From NCBI GenBank assembly GCA_021734825.1, contig JAIPIE010000001.1, positions 1-46,055 of the forward strand: a DNA stretch of 46,055 bases, read 5' to 3'. Position 1 is the stretch's first letter, and every line of letters starts with the position of its first letter. Source of the stretch: Patescibacteria group bacterium. Its GTDB lineage: Bacteria > Patescibacteriota > Patescibacteriia > Patescibacteriales > UBA12465. Both the position numbers and the translations under genes were made by a program. The notes beneath the pieces are model-generated. The model was given only the letters and a program-made list of their open reading frames with translations. It ran no database searches and was not told where the DNA came from. Of the stretch, positions 29,971 to 39,317 are shown in pieces.

Positions 29971-30050
29971 AGTTTCTGTTTGTATATTTAGGATAATAAA
30001 AGAGTGCCTTGGGGTCAAGCCTCAGCACTCCTCCTAATGCTGTGTCTATT

Positions 30051-30605
30051 TTAATTTTGTATCTCTTTGATGATTTTGTCAATCTGAGCGTAGAGCGCTG
30101 GCAAATCTCCGTTATTATCCAAATGGAAATGAGCGCTCGCCATTACTTCTGGAATTTGTAGCTCCGCTTCGCGTTGACCGTCCTCAATAAAGTCTTCATA
30201 GCTTTTTTGATCATCGCCAGCGTTCTCGTTACGGGCTTTTAATCTGTCATATCTCAACTTTTCTTCTGCTTCAATGCTGATTAAATAAAAATTTGGTAAT
30301 TTTCTTAGTTCGCTCACATCATCTAAGCGCCTAACACCGTCAATTATCACAATTTCATGTTGGTCATTTTTTACATCTTCGGCAATGACTCGTGCTAGAG
30401 TGTCGCTACCAAAACGATTGCGTAAGTCAAGTGACAGGTTTTGCATGTTTTCTCGGGAAATAGGTAGATAGAGTCTGTTTAAAATATCACGCAGTGATGT
30501 GGAAAATTTGGCATTACCGGCATCATGTTTTTCGCTGATATATTTTTGACACACTGCCTTGCCGCTGGCAATCTTACCAACAAAACCAAGAATTAATTTG
30601 GGCAT
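30051..30605 (-). CDS. P-loop nucleotide kinase (dNMP-kinase / dephospho-CoA-kinase-like), substrate unknown
   Basis: 184 aa with a Walker-A-like GKIASGKA (Ala where Ser/Thr is expected). IIDGVRRLDDV resembles the D-V-R segment of dNMP kinases. It is embedded in the thymidylate operon. Confidence 0.6.
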   Translation of the reverse strand: MPKLILGFVGKIASGKAVCQKYISEKHDAGNAKFSTSLRDILNRLYLPISRENMQNLSLDLRNRFGSDTLARVIAEDVKNDQHEIVIIDGVRRLDDVSELRKLPNFYLISIEAEEKLRYDRLKARNENAGDDQKSYEDFIEDGQREAELQIPEVMASAHFHLDNNGDLPALYAQIDKIIKEIQN

Positions 30606-30613
30606 AATATTTA

Positions 30614-31117
30614 CTAATAAATTACTTTATATTTAAGCATTACTGTATTTTCATTAAGCTTAAGGCACTCTTTTAGTTCTAAATTATGCTCCATTTCTTC
30701 ACTAAACAGCGAAATGCCGCTACCAAACAATTTAGGCTCAATACTAATAATGATTTCCGAGATCAGTTTCTTTTTTAAAAATAAGGTGTTGAGAAAGGCG
30801 CCGCCACCCAAAAGAGCCTTTTTAAAACCCTTTTGTTCTAGCTCCAACAGCACTGTCTCCGGCTCTCCTTGAACCCACTTTAGTAAATCATCAATATCTT
30901 CACCGCCGTTGTAGGAAAAAACCACATTTAGTCTACCCGGTAAAGGTTTGGGGAAAGTCTTAAAAGTATTCTCGCCCATCATAATAACACCAAAATCTTT
31001 GGAGGTTTGCACAAATAATTGCTTATCTTCTTTACTGGTCCAATCGGCTAACTGATTTTTATCTTTAGCAATTTTGCCATCGGCCGTTATGGCCATAATT
31101 AGAGTTACAGGAATCAT
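30614..31117 (-). CDS. folA: Dihydrofolate reductase (FolA/RibD_C superfamily)
   Basis: 167 aa with LIMAITADGKIA, VIMMGENTFKTFPKPLPGRLNVVFS and LLGGGAFL. It starts 9 nt downstream of thyA. Confidence 0.75.
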   Translation of the reverse strand: MIPVTLIMAITADGKIAKDKNQLADWTSKEDKQLFVQTSKDFGVIMMGENTFKTFPKPLPGRLNVVFSYNGGEDIDDLLKWVQGEPETVLLELEQKGFKKALLGGGAFLNTLFLKKKLISEIIISIEPKLFGSGISLFSEEMEHNLELKECLKLNENTVMLKYKVIY

Positions 31118-31126
31118 AGATTAATA

Positions 31127-31942
31127 TTATATTGCTATTGGCGCTTTGATGCCCGGTAAGGGGTCGTAGCCCTCAAGTGTAAAATCTTCATATTTAAAAG
31201 AAAAAATATCTTTTACCGAAGGATTAATAATCATTTTTGGTAGAGTACGAGGAGTGCGACTTAATTGTTCAGCCACTTGTTCGCGATGATTATTATAAAT
31301 ATGTAAGTCACCGAAAGTATGGATAAAATCACCGAGTTTTTTACCAGTGACTTGCGCTACCATCATTGTTAATAAAGCGTAAGAGGCGATATTGAAAGGT
31401 ACGCCTAGAAATAAATCAGCACTGCGTTGATAAAGTTGACAAGAGAGTCGGTCGTCGGCGTCTACATAAAATTGGAATAAACTGTGACAGGGCGGTGGTG
31501 CAGTTTTTTTTCCGGAAATTAAAGTTCTCAAGTCGCCGACATTCCAGCCACTAACGATAATTCTTCTGGAACTAGGATTATGTTTAATCATTTCAATTGC
31601 TTCGGCAATTTGATTGATTTTATCGCCGTTGGTTGTCTCCCAGGCGGTCCATTGCTTGCCATAGATAGGACCTAAGTCTCCGTTTTCATCAGCCCACTCA
31701 TCCCAAATTGAGACGCCATGATCATTTAAGTATTTTATGTTTGTGTCTCCTTGTAGAAACCACAGTAATTCATAAATAATAGATTTTAAATGCAGCTTCT
31801 TGGTAGTTAAAAGAGGGAAGCCTTGATTTAAATCAAAACGAGCTTGTCGGCCAAAGACACTGCTTGTGCCCGTGCCGGTGCGATCGTCTTTGCCTCGACC
31901 ATTTTCTGAAACATCTTTTAATAAATCCAAATATGCTTTCAT
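31127..31942 (-). CDS. thyA: Thymidylate synthase ThyA
   Basis: Near-colinear with canonical ThyA: [37 protein letters not shown], catalytic [27 protein letters not shown] and [14 protein letters not shown]. Confidence 0.97.
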   Translation of the reverse strand: MKAYLDLLKDVSENGRGKDDRTGTGTSSVFGRQARFDLNQGFPLLTTKKLHLKSIIYELLWFLQGDTNIKYLNDHGVSIWDEWADENGDLGPIYGKQWTAWETTNGDKINQIAEAIEMIKHNPSSRRIIVSGWNVGDLRTLISGKKTAPPPCHSLFQFYVDADDRLSCQLYQRSADLFLGVPFNIASYALLTMMVAQVTGKKLGDFIHTFGDLHIYNNHREQVAEQLSRTPRTLPKMIINPSVKDIFSFKYEDFTLEGYDPLPGIKAPIAI

Positions 31943-31949
31943 ATATTTA

Positions 31950-32465
31950 TTATTTCATGTCTTTATAAATTGTCATTTCCTCAGATAGTAGGGCAAATTC
32001 TATGCCTGCTTGTTCAAAAATTTCCTTACTACGACCGCCAGCATGATAATCTTGAGCACAGACAACTTTCTTAATACCACAGTTAATAATCATTTTCGCA
32101 CAGGTATAGCAAGGAGTCATTTTGCAATATAAAGTACCGCCATCAATAGATATACCCATACGAGCTGCTTCACAAATTGCATTTTGTTCAGCGTGAGTAG
32201 TACGGATGCAGTGTTTGCTGACACTGCCATCAACGTTGGTGACGGTGTGAAGTTCGTGTCCAACTTCATCACAATGAGGAAGACCGATTGGGGAGCCGAC
32301 ATAACCGGTAGCCACGATACGACGATCACGAGTAATAACACAACCAGCGCGACCACGATCACAGGACCCACGAGATCCGATCATTTCGGTGATTTTCATA
32401 AAGTACTCATCCCAAGAAGGACGAACATAATTATTTTCTGTACTCATAATTTTAATGTTATCCAT
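31950..32465 (-). CDS. comEB: Deoxycytidylate (dCMP) deaminase
   Basis: The zinc motifs HAEQNAI and PCYTCAKMI, plus SWDEYFM at the N-terminus, are typical of dCMP deaminases. The start could alternatively be Met7. Confidence 0.9.
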   Translation of the reverse strand: MDNIKIMSTENNYVRPSWDEYFMKITEMIGSRGSCDRGRAGCVITRDRRIVATGYVGSPIGLPHCDEVGHELHTVTNVDGSVSKHCIRTTHAEQNAICEAARMGISIDGGTLYCKMTPCYTCAKMIINCGIKKVVCAQDYHAGGRSKEIFEQAGIEFALLSEEMTIYKDMK

Positions 32466-32517
32466 AATTATTTAGGCACTGCTTCTATTGTAGTATAGAA
32501 GTGAGATTTCTCAAATA

Positions 32518-32546
32518 TTGACAAGATGCGGTTAATCTTTTTTAAT
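32518..32546 (+). promoter_or_regulatory. Candidate promoter TTGACA-17-TTTAAT for the DUF167/GT2/galU cluster
   Basis: A perfect -35 at 32518-32523 and a 5/6 -10 at 32541-32546, in the divergent intergenic region. Confidence 0.4.
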
Positions 32547-32622
32547 TGATTTTTTCTCTTAAAAAAGCTACACTAGAACCAGAATTAGTCATGATTAGAG
32601 TCTTTAAATAGTAATTATAAAT

Positions 32623-32895
32623 ATGGATTTTTCTGAACTATTAGCTAAAATTGAAGAAAAGGGGAAGGCGACTTTTTGCGTTAAGGTTTCTCCTGGCGCC
32701 GATAAGACTGAGTGGCAGGAGACATTAAGTGATGGTACGCGTAAGTTGAAAGTTAAATCAGCTCCAGAAAGAGGTCGGGCGAATAATGAAGTAATAGAAT
32801 TTATTGCCTCTTCCTTAAAATTGCCCAAAAAGAGAGTGGAAATTATTAAGGGTGGCGGTGCTCGTTTGAAATGGATTAAAATTAAAAAGTCATAG
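32623..32895 (+). CDS. DUF167 (YggU-like) small protein
   Basis: 90 aa. The pattern VKVSPGADKT...LKVKSAPERGRANNEVIEFIA...VEIIKGGGARLKWIKI matches the YggU/DUF167 pattern. Confidence 0.8.
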   Translation: MDFSELLAKIEEKGKATFCVKVSPGADKTEWQETLSDGTRKLKVKSAPERGRANNEVIEFIASSLKLPKKRVEIIKGGGARLKWIKIKKS

Positions 32896-32902
32896 AGCGC
32901 TT

Positions 32903-33748
32903 ATGAATATTTCCATCATTATTGTTAGTTGGAATGTGAAAGAAAAATTGCGGGCAAACCTGCAAGCTCTTTTTCCGTCTTTAGACGGCTTAAAAGCGGA
33001 AGTAATTGTAGTTGATAATAATTCAGAGGATGGAAGCAGGGGGATGATTAAAGATGAATTTCCGGAAGTTAAATTAATTACCAATAAAGAAAACTTAGGT
33101 TTTGCTAAAGCTAATAATCAAGCGCTTAAAATTGCTCAGGGTGATTATATTCTTTTATTTAACCCTGATATGCTCGTTTTTCCTCAAACTATTAAACGTT
33201 TATTGTCATGGGCGGATAATAAGCCGGAAGCAGTTGTTGTCGGTTGTCGCCTAGAAACAGAGAATGGCACCTTATTGCCGCATATTCGTCGTTTTCCACG
33301 ATTAAGCGATCAGTTGGCCGTTGTTTTAAAACTACCTCATATTTTTCCCCACATCATTGATAAATATTTATTTAAAAATTTTGATTATAGTTGTGCTCAA
33401 AAAGTCGACTCTATTCGAGGTGCTTGTTTTTTGATTAACCGTTTTGCTTGGCAGAATATTTCCGGAACAAGCTCGCCCCTGTTGGATGAACGTTATTTTA
33501 TCTGGTTTGAAGAGGTTGACTTTTGTCAGCAGGTGTATAAAAATGGCGGAGAAGTTTGGTATGCGCCTATTACTAGTTGTGTTGATTATGTTGGGCAGAG
33601 TTTTAATCAAGTTAATGTTGGGTATAAGCAAATTTATTTTCAGGATTCAATGCTTAAGTATTTTTTTAAATGGAAACCACGTTGGCAATATTATGTTCTA
33701 AAAAATACTTGGCCGCTCGGACGCTTATTGGCTAAAATTTTTTCTTAA
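32903..33748 (+). CDS. Family 2 glycosyltransferase (281 aa, soluble)
   Basis: ISIIIVSWN...VVDNNSEDGS...LGFAKANN...LLFNPDM (DxD-type) is a typical GT2 / rhamnosyltransferase-like N-terminal domain. Confidence 0.88.
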   Translation: MNISIIIVSWNVKEKLRANLQALFPSLDGLKAEVIVVDNNSEDGSRGMIKDEFPEVKLITNKENLGFAKANNQALKIAQGDYILLFNPDMLVFPQTIKRLLSWADNKPEAVVVGCRLETENGTLLPHIRRFPRLSDQLAVVLKLPHIFPHIIDKYLFKNFDYSCAQKVDSIRGACFLINRFAWQNISGTSSPLLDERYFIWFEEVDFCQQVYKNGGEVWYAPITSCVDYVGQSFNQVNVGYKQIYFQDSMLKYFFKWKPRWQYYVLKNTWPLGRLLAKIFS

Positions 33749-33751
33749 ATT

Positions 33752-34810
33752 ATGAAAATAGGAATTGTTCTCGTTAATTATCAAGATTATGCTGAGCGTT
33801 TTTTAACGCCTTGTTTGACGTCTATTCGTCTTTTAAATCCGATTGTTAAACCGGATATATTTATTGTTGATAATGCCAGTACTCCGGCATCTGCTGCTTA
33901 CTTACGCACGCACGCACCCGAAGCTAGATTAATTTTGAATAAAAATAATGACGGTTTTGCCAAGGGCAATAATGATGCGATGGGTATAATGCTGACCGAG
34001 GACTATGATTATATCCTTTTGCTGAACATGGACGCCTCGCTTGAAGCCGAGGCTTTACGCGAGTTGTTACGGGTAGCCGAAGCAAATCCTTTGGCCGGAG
34101 CCATTCAGGCCCGTTTAATGCTTGATCCAGAGAAAGAACTTGTAAATAGTCTCGGTAATATCACTCATTTCTTGGGCTTCGGTTATTGTCGGTCTTATCG
34201 CGAGAAATACCAGGACAATGGAGCAGAAGCTTCGGCGATTGCTTATCCTTCCGGCGCCTGTGTTCTATTAAGAGTTTCCGCCTTAAAATCAGTGGGCTTA
34301 TTTGATGAGGAGTTGTGGATGTATAATGAAGATCAGGACTTGGGTTGGCGTCTATGGCTTTCAGGTAGACAATGTCTACTGGCACCGCGAGCGGTCGCTT
34401 ATCATCATTATGAATTTAGCCGCTCCATTAGTAAATATTATTGGCTGGAACGTAATCGCTTAATTGTGGCTTGGAAAAACTATTCATTACTATCGCTATT
34501 CTTATTTTTTCCACCCTTATTATTAATGCAGCTGGGCATGCTGTTCTTTGCTTGGCGCTCTGGTTGGCTAAAAGAGCAAAAAAAAGTTTGGTCTTATTTC
34601 TTTAATCCAAAGAACTGGTTTTATTTATTAAAAGCCCGTCGCCAAAGCCAATCTTTGCGGCAAGTGCCTGATTTCAAAATTTTACCCTTATTTTCTGGGA
34701 GTATTTGGTATCAGGAAATTGCTAGTCCTCTTTTAAAATACTTAGTGAATCCAGTTTTCTCTTTATATTTTTTCTTGACACGTCGTTTAATTAAATTATT
34801 GCAGCAATAG
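33752..34810 (+). CDS. Family 2 glycosyltransferase with a C-terminal membrane segment (352 aa)
   Basis: IGIVLVNY...VDNASTP...DGFAKGNN...LLLNMDA. A hydrophobic segment lies near residues 245-270. Confidence 0.88.
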   Translation: MKIGIVLVNYQDYAERFLTPCLTSIRLLNPIVKPDIFIVDNASTPASAAYLRTHAPEARLILNKNNDGFAKGNNDAMGIMLTEDYDYILLLNMDASLEAEALRELLRVAEANPLAGAIQARLMLDPEKELVNSLGNITHFLGFGYCRSYREKYQDNGAEASAIAYPSGACVLLRVSALKSVGLFDEELWMYNEDQDLGWRLWLSGRQCLLAPRAVAYHHYEFSRSISKYYWLERNRLIVAWKNYSLLSLFLFFPPLLLMQLGMLFFAWRSGWLKEQKKVWSYFFNPKNWFYLLKARRQSQSLRQVPDFKILPLFSGSIWYQEIASPLLKYLVNPVFSLYFFLTRRLIKLLQQ

Positions 34811-34811
34811 T

Positions 34812-35600
34812 ATGGATTTATCGATTATTATCGTTAATTATAAGAGTAAGGATAAACTGGCTAATTGCTTAAGGTCTTTAGAGGCGTCCGATTTATCAGA
34901 AATAGAGCACGAAATAATTGTGGTAGAGAATAATTCTGGCGATGAATTAACGGATTTAATTGCAGTTTTCAATCAAGTTAAGTTAATTAATAGTTCTGTT
35001 AATTTAGGTATGGGCGGTGGTAATAATTTAGGCATTAAAGAGAGTAGTGGTAGATATATTCTTATTGCCAACCCCGATTTAGTTTGTACCCGTGAAGCTA
35101 TTAAAATTTTATATCAATATTTATCGCTTCACTTGGAAGTGGCGATTGTGGGGCCAAAGTTATTAAATCCAGATCAAAGTTTACAATATTCCTGTGCTCG
35201 CTTTCCTAGTATTTTTTTGCCACTTTTACGACGCACGATTATTGGCCGCATTTTTCCTTCGGTCGTTGCCAAATATTTAATGCAGAAAGAAGGGCACATG
35301 GAGATTAAGGTAGTGGATTGGGTCTTGGGGGCTTGTTTCTTGCTGAGGCGAAATGAGTTGTTTGCGGACAATAAATTATTTGATGAAAGATTTTTTATGT
35401 ATTTTGAAGACGTTGATTTATGTCGGCGAGCACAGGCAGAGAAAAAACAGGTTATTTATAATCCTGAGGCGGTGGTTATCCATGACCACATGCGTGATAG
35501 TGCTCGTTTGCCCTGGTATCGAGCCATTTTTTCTGATAGAATAGCCCGAGAACACCTTAAATCTTGGTGGAAATATTTTAAGAAGTGGGGCTGGCGATAA
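34812..35600 (+). CDS. Family 2 glycosyltransferase (262 aa)
   Basis: LSIIIVNYKS...VENNSGD...LGMGGGNN...LIANPDL...YFEDVDLC. Confidence 0.88.
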   Translation: MDLSIIIVNYKSKDKLANCLRSLEASDLSEIEHEIIVVENNSGDELTDLIAVFNQVKLINSSVNLGMGGGNNLGIKESSGRYILIANPDLVCTREAIKILYQYLSLHLEVAIVGPKLLNPDQSLQYSCARFPSIFLPLLRRTIIGRIFPSVVAKYLMQKEGHMEIKVVDWVLGACFLLRRNELFADNKLFDERFFMYFEDVDLCRRAQAEKKQVIYNPEAVVIHDHMRDSARLPWYRAIFSDRIAREHLKSWWKYFKKWGWR

Positions 35601-35628
35601 TTTTAGCTAACCTTTAAATAATTTATAT

Positions 35629-36507
35629 ATGCAAAAAATCAAAAAAGCAATTTTTCCAGTCGCTGGTTTCGGCACGAGATTTTTACCAGCCACGAAAGCT
35701 CAGCCTAAAGAGATGTTGCCGGTGGTAGATAAGCCGGTTATTCAATATTTAGTTGAAAGCGCTGTTGCCGCTGGTATTGAGGAAATCATCTTCGTTACTG
35801 GACGCGGCAAGAGAGCCATCGAAGATCATTTTGATTATTCTTATGAGTTATCAAAAACTTTGGTGGAAAAAAATAAACTTGATTTAATTAAGAAGGTTCA
35901 GGCCATTGAAAGTCTAGCCAAGTTTTCTTATGTGCGTCAGCCTATTCCTTTAGGTGATGGTCATGCGGTTTTATGCGCTGCTCACTTAATTGAGCCGGGT
36001 GAAGCGGTCTTGGTGATGTTTGGCGACACTCTTTACGATGCGGAAATATCGCCAGTCACTCAAGTAATGGAAACTTATGAGAAATATGGCGACACTGTTA
36101 TTGGTTTGTCGGAAGTTGATAAAAAAGACGTGAGTCAGTTTGGTGTAATGGGTGGCATTGATTTAGGCGATGGCGTTTATGAGGTAAAGCAATTTGTAGA
36201 GAAACCGGCCATGGAAGATGCACCTTCAAACTTAGTGCAAGTTGGTATTAATATTATTACTCCAGATATTATTGAAATTTTATCCCGTATGGATAAAGGA
36301 AAATCTGGTGAAATTAGACTGGCCGATGCTTATGACGAAATGCTGCAACAAAATAAGCCAATTTACGGTAAGAAAATAGAAGGGGAATGGCTTGATACTG
36401 GCAATAAATTAAACTTCATTAAAGCGACCATTAAATTCGGTCTTAAAAATAAAGAAATTGGAGCCGATTTAAATCAATTTTTAAAAGATCTACTGCCTAA
36501 ACTTTAA
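35629..36507 (+). CDS. galU: UTP--glucose-1-phosphate uridylyltransferase
   Basis: KAIFPVAGFGTRFLPATKAQPKEMLPVVDKPVIQY is the GalU signature. Confidence 0.95.
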   Translation: MQKIKKAIFPVAGFGTRFLPATKAQPKEMLPVVDKPVIQYLVESAVAAGIEEIIFVTGRGKRAIEDHFDYSYELSKTLVEKNKLDLIKKVQAIESLAKFSYVRQPIPLGDGHAVLCAAHLIEPGEAVLVMFGDTLYDAEISPVTQVMETYEKYGDTVIGLSEVDKKDVSQFGVMGGIDLGDGVYEVKQFVEKPAMEDAPSNLVQVGINIITPDIIEILSRMDKGKSGEIRLADAYDEMLQQNKPIYGKKIEGEWLDTGNKLNFIKATIKFGLKNKEIGADLNQFLKDLLPKL

Positions 36508-36525
36508 TTGATTTTTTTCTATAAT

Positions 36526-36560
36526 AAAAACCGCCATGCAATTCGCTGGGGCGGTTTTTT
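36526..36560. terminator. Bidirectional intrinsic terminator (aaaaaccgcc-N14-ggcggtttttt)
   Basis: A GC stem flanked by A- and T-tracts between the convergent genes galU and the PEGA-protein gene. Confidence 0.8.
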
Positions 36561-36580
36561 GTATCCTAAAACTTTTTTTA

Positions 36581-37912
36581 TTATTGTAGTTGCAACTTAT
36601 AAATACCGGATTGCTGTCCTAAGCGAGCATAGAAGTAGAGTAATTGATTTTTTTCATCTAAGACTAGGTTATTGACATCATTTGCCCTTAAGAGGACAAT
36701 CGGTTCTTTTTTGTCTAAATTAAGATTAATTAAATTAATTTGTTGACTATTAGCGTATACTAAATAGTTTTTTATTTTATGCCAAGCGATATCAACGATA
36801 GGATCGCTTACTCGGATAATTAATTCCTGCTTATTATTTACAGTATTAAGTGAATATATTTCAAAATCATTGTGCCAAATTAAAAAATCATTATTTAGCC
36901 ATTGCCAGTTGTTGACCGGTCTGATTTTACTAATAATTGCTTGCTCGGCGTAATCGCTTAGTAAATAGAGTGCTTGTTGTTTGCTGTCGTATAAATTTAA
37001 ATGATATTCATCTTGACGGAAATGGAAGTCGCCATTGCCAAGATAGCTGCTTGATTTTAAAAATTTGTTATCAAGGTCGTAGATGCGCAAATAATTTTGT
37101 CCTTCTACATTTTCAATGGTGTAGATTAAATTGTTTTTAATAGCGTAGGCAGCATAATCGCCGCCACTTAATACTGTGCTTACGCTATTTTTATCGGTGA
37201 TAATACAGTTTATTCCACCATTGGCCTGGTAGTATATTTTTTTATTAGCTTCGTCCCAATAAAAATTAGTGGCCGTTTTCCCAATAACAGATAAGTCATA
37301 GCTACTACCACCATTATCTAAGTTAATTAATTTACCCCCTAATAATACTTGACTGCCATCTTTTGACCATTGAATATGCGTGCCCTGAGAGTTGGTGATA
37401 GTGCTGGTGCTGGCATTTTTTAAATTAATAATTTGTCCGTCTTGACCAAGAATGATGGTTTTCTTGTCTGGACTGAAGGATAAGTTTTGGGGAGCGCAAA
37501 GGGCGAGATTCAGGGGCAGGGAACGCTTAAACAGAATCGCCTCTTCCATAAAAGTACTTTGTCCTGATTCTATCTTAATCTTTTTTTCTAGCGGCCAATA
37601 ACCCTCCTTTTCTAAACGGATAATGTATTCACCAGCTAGTAGATTTTTAATCTTTGTTGGTGTGGTAATGTTGCTACGCCCAACATCAATTAGCCAATAT
37701 TGTTTTTGTTCTTCGCCATTAATAATAATCTTTGCTCCTTTAGGATTGCTATCTAAAATCAGCATGCCTGTTTTTTGAACAAGTTGCCCGATTCTTGGTG
37801 GCCATTGGCTGTTTAATTTATAGCCAGCGGCGTACAAGGAAATTAATACGGTAATAACAACAAAGAGAACTATAAATACAATAAACAGAGAGTCTCTAAT
37901 TTTTTTAGACAT
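36581..37912 (-). CDS. Membrane-anchored PEGA-domain protein with a beta-propeller-like C-terminal region (443 aa)
   Basis: An N-terminal TM (LFIVFIVLFVVITVLISLYAAG), a PEGA-type domain (LDSNPKGAKIIINGEE...GEYIIRLEKEGYWP), and then about 300 aa of repetitive beta-rich sequence. It starts 6 nt after murA. Confidence 0.75.
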   Translation of the reverse strand: MSKKIRDSLFIVFIVLFVVITVLISLYAAGYKLNSQWPPRIGQLVQKTGMLILDSNPKGAKIIINGEEQKQYWLIDVGRSNITTPTKIKNLLAGEYIIRLEKEGYWPLEKKIKIESGQSTFMEEAILFKRSLPLNLALCAPQNLSFSPDKKTIILGQDGQIINLKNASTSTITNSQGTHIQWSKDGSQVLLGGKLINLDNGGSSYDLSVIGKTATNFYWDEANKKIYYQANGGINCIITDKNSVSTVLSGGDYAAYAIKNNLIYTIENVEGQNYLRIYDLDNKFLKSSSYLGNGDFHFRQDEYHLNLYDSKQQALYLLSDYAEQAIISKIRPVNNWQWLNNDFLIWHNDFEIYSLNTVNNKQELIIRVSDPIVDIAWHKIKNYLVYANSQQINLINLNLDKKEPIVLLRANDVNNLVLDEKNQLLYFYARLGQQSGIYKLQLQ

Positions 37913-37918
37913 AATTTT

Positions 37919-39184
37919 TTATTCTACTCTTTCAATATCGGCGCCGATGCCACGTAAACGTTCTTCCAGTTTTTCATAACCACGATCAATTTGATAAATG
38001 TTGTCAATTTCGGTTTGTCCTTCAGCAATTAAAGCAGCAATAACTAGAGCAATACCAGCTCTTAAGTCTGGACTCATAAGACGCTTACCATGTAATTTAG
38101 TTGGTCCTTGGGTAACAATACGATGAGGATCACACATAGTTATATTTGCGCCCATCTGTGAGAGCATGTCAGTCCAAATTAAACGACGGTCATAAATAGT
38201 TTCATGAATCAGGGCCGTGCCTTGAGCTTGGGTCATAAGAACAACATAAGGCGATTGTAGGTCGGTAGCGAAGCCTGGATATTCATGCGTTCTAATTCCA
38301 TGAGCGAGTAAAGGGAGTTTACCAGAATTTACTTTAATCCAATCAGGGCCGTAGCTAAAATCAACTCCAACCTTTTTTAATATTTGTAGAAGTGTCATGA
38401 TGTGTTCTGGGTCACAATCAGTTATTTCCAAGTCAGCGTTAGCGGCGGCAGCCATGATTACAAAAGAACCAGTTTCAATACGATCGGGAATAACTGTAAA
38501 AGTATCGGCACTAATTTTTTCTTGACCTTCAATAATGATAGTGGGAGTGCCAGCACCGCTAATTTTTGCTCCTTGACTGTTTAAATATTCAGCTAGGGCG
38601 GTAATTTCTGGCTCCATGGCACAATTTTTCAGCGTAGTGGTACCAGGAATAATAGTGGCTGTCATAATCATACTTTCAGTGGCAGTAACACTAACAAGAG
38701 GGAAGAAATAATCAGCTCCTTGTAATTTATTAGCTTTGATATGATAGAATTTGCCTGAGACTTCTTCAATTTCGGCACCAAAGGCACGATAGCCCTCTAA
38801 AAATAAATCAATTGGCCGTCCGCCAGCGCCAATCACACAGCCACCTGGATGAGGAAATTTTACTTCTTTAAAACGGGCAAGCATTGGTCCTACAAACATA
38901 ATCGAGCCACGAAATTTATTAGCCATCTTGGCGTTTAATTCAGTGCTACTGAGATTGGATGTATCAATAGTAGCTTCGTCGCCCTGACGATTTATTTTTG
39001 CGCCTAAATCACTTAGAACCTCAAAAGATCGTTCGACGTCCTCAATTCTTGGTAAATTTTTAACAGTTAAAATCTCTGTAGAGAGCAGGGCGGCGGGAAT
39101 AATTTTTAAAGCGGAATTTTTAGCGCCGCTTACAGCAATCTTACCGCTTAAAGTCTTGCCACCATTAATGATGAATTTGGGCAT
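37919..39184 (-). CDS. murA: UDP-N-acetylglucosamine 1-carboxyvinyltransferase MurA
   Basis: FIINGGKTLSGKIAVSGAKNSALK and an active-site Cys in HPGGCVIGAGGRPIDL. Full length, 421 aa. Confidence 0.97.
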   Translation of the reverse strand: MPKFIINGGKTLSGKIAVSGAKNSALKIIPAALLSTEILTVKNLPRIEDVERSFEVLSDLGAKINRQGDEATIDTSNLSSTELNAKMANKFRGSIMFVGPMLARFKEVKFPHPGGCVIGAGGRPIDLFLEGYRAFGAEIEEVSGKFYHIKANKLQGADYFFPLVSVTATESMIMTATIIPGTTTLKNCAMEPEITALAEYLNSQGAKISGAGTPTIIIEGQEKISADTFTVIPDRIETGSFVIMAAAANADLEITDCDPEHIMTLLQILKKVGVDFSYGPDWIKVNSGKLPLLAHGIRTHEYPGFATDLQSPYVVLMTQAQGTALIHETIYDRRLIWTDMLSQMGANITMCDPHRIVTQGPTKLHGKRLMSPDLRAGIALVIAALIAEGQTEIDNIYQIDRGYEKLEERLRGIGADIERVE

Positions 39185-39231
39185 ATGAGATATTTTTAGC
39201 TATTTATAATAACTTCATCTTATCCTATTTA

Positions 39232-39259
39232 TTGACATTTTTCAAATATTTGATACTAT
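39232..39259 (+). promoter_or_regulatory. rplU promoter TTGACA-16-(TGa)TACTAT
   Basis: A perfect -35 at 39232-39237 and an extended -10 TGaTACTAT at 39251-39259. Confidence 0.6.
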
Positions 39260-39268
39260 TGAAGGGTG

Positions 39269-39292
39269 AATCGGCGCAAGCCTGATTTTTTC
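39269..39292 (+). promoter_or_regulatory. Leader hairpin with a GCAA tetraloop plus a U-run ahead of rplU (possible L21-type leader/attenuator)
   Basis: aatcggc-gcaa-gcc(t)gatt followed by tttttt. It lies between the predicted TSS and the rplU ATG at 39318. Confidence 0.45.
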
Positions 39293-39317
39293 TAATAATT
39301 TTGCTAATATTAAATGT

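Noticed and set aside
30002-30030. GAGTGC-N17-GCACTC inverted repeat between the kinase gene and tmk-dut, which resembles CIRCE half-sites.
   Set aside because: The orientation (GAGTGC first) and the 17-nt spacing are wrong for CIRCE (TTAGCACTC-N9-GAGTGCTAA), and the TTA/TAA flanks are missing. It is most likely a chance 6-bp repeat or a small intra-operon hairpin.
31127-31942. The possibility that the ThyA homologue is a phage-like dCMP/dUMP hydroxymethylase, indicating modified DNA bases.
   Set aside because: The sequence is colinear with canonical ThyA through all substrate- and folate-binding motifs and is paired with a DHFR. That pairing is needed only for the reductive methylation reaction. 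Nothing supports a hydroxymethylase.
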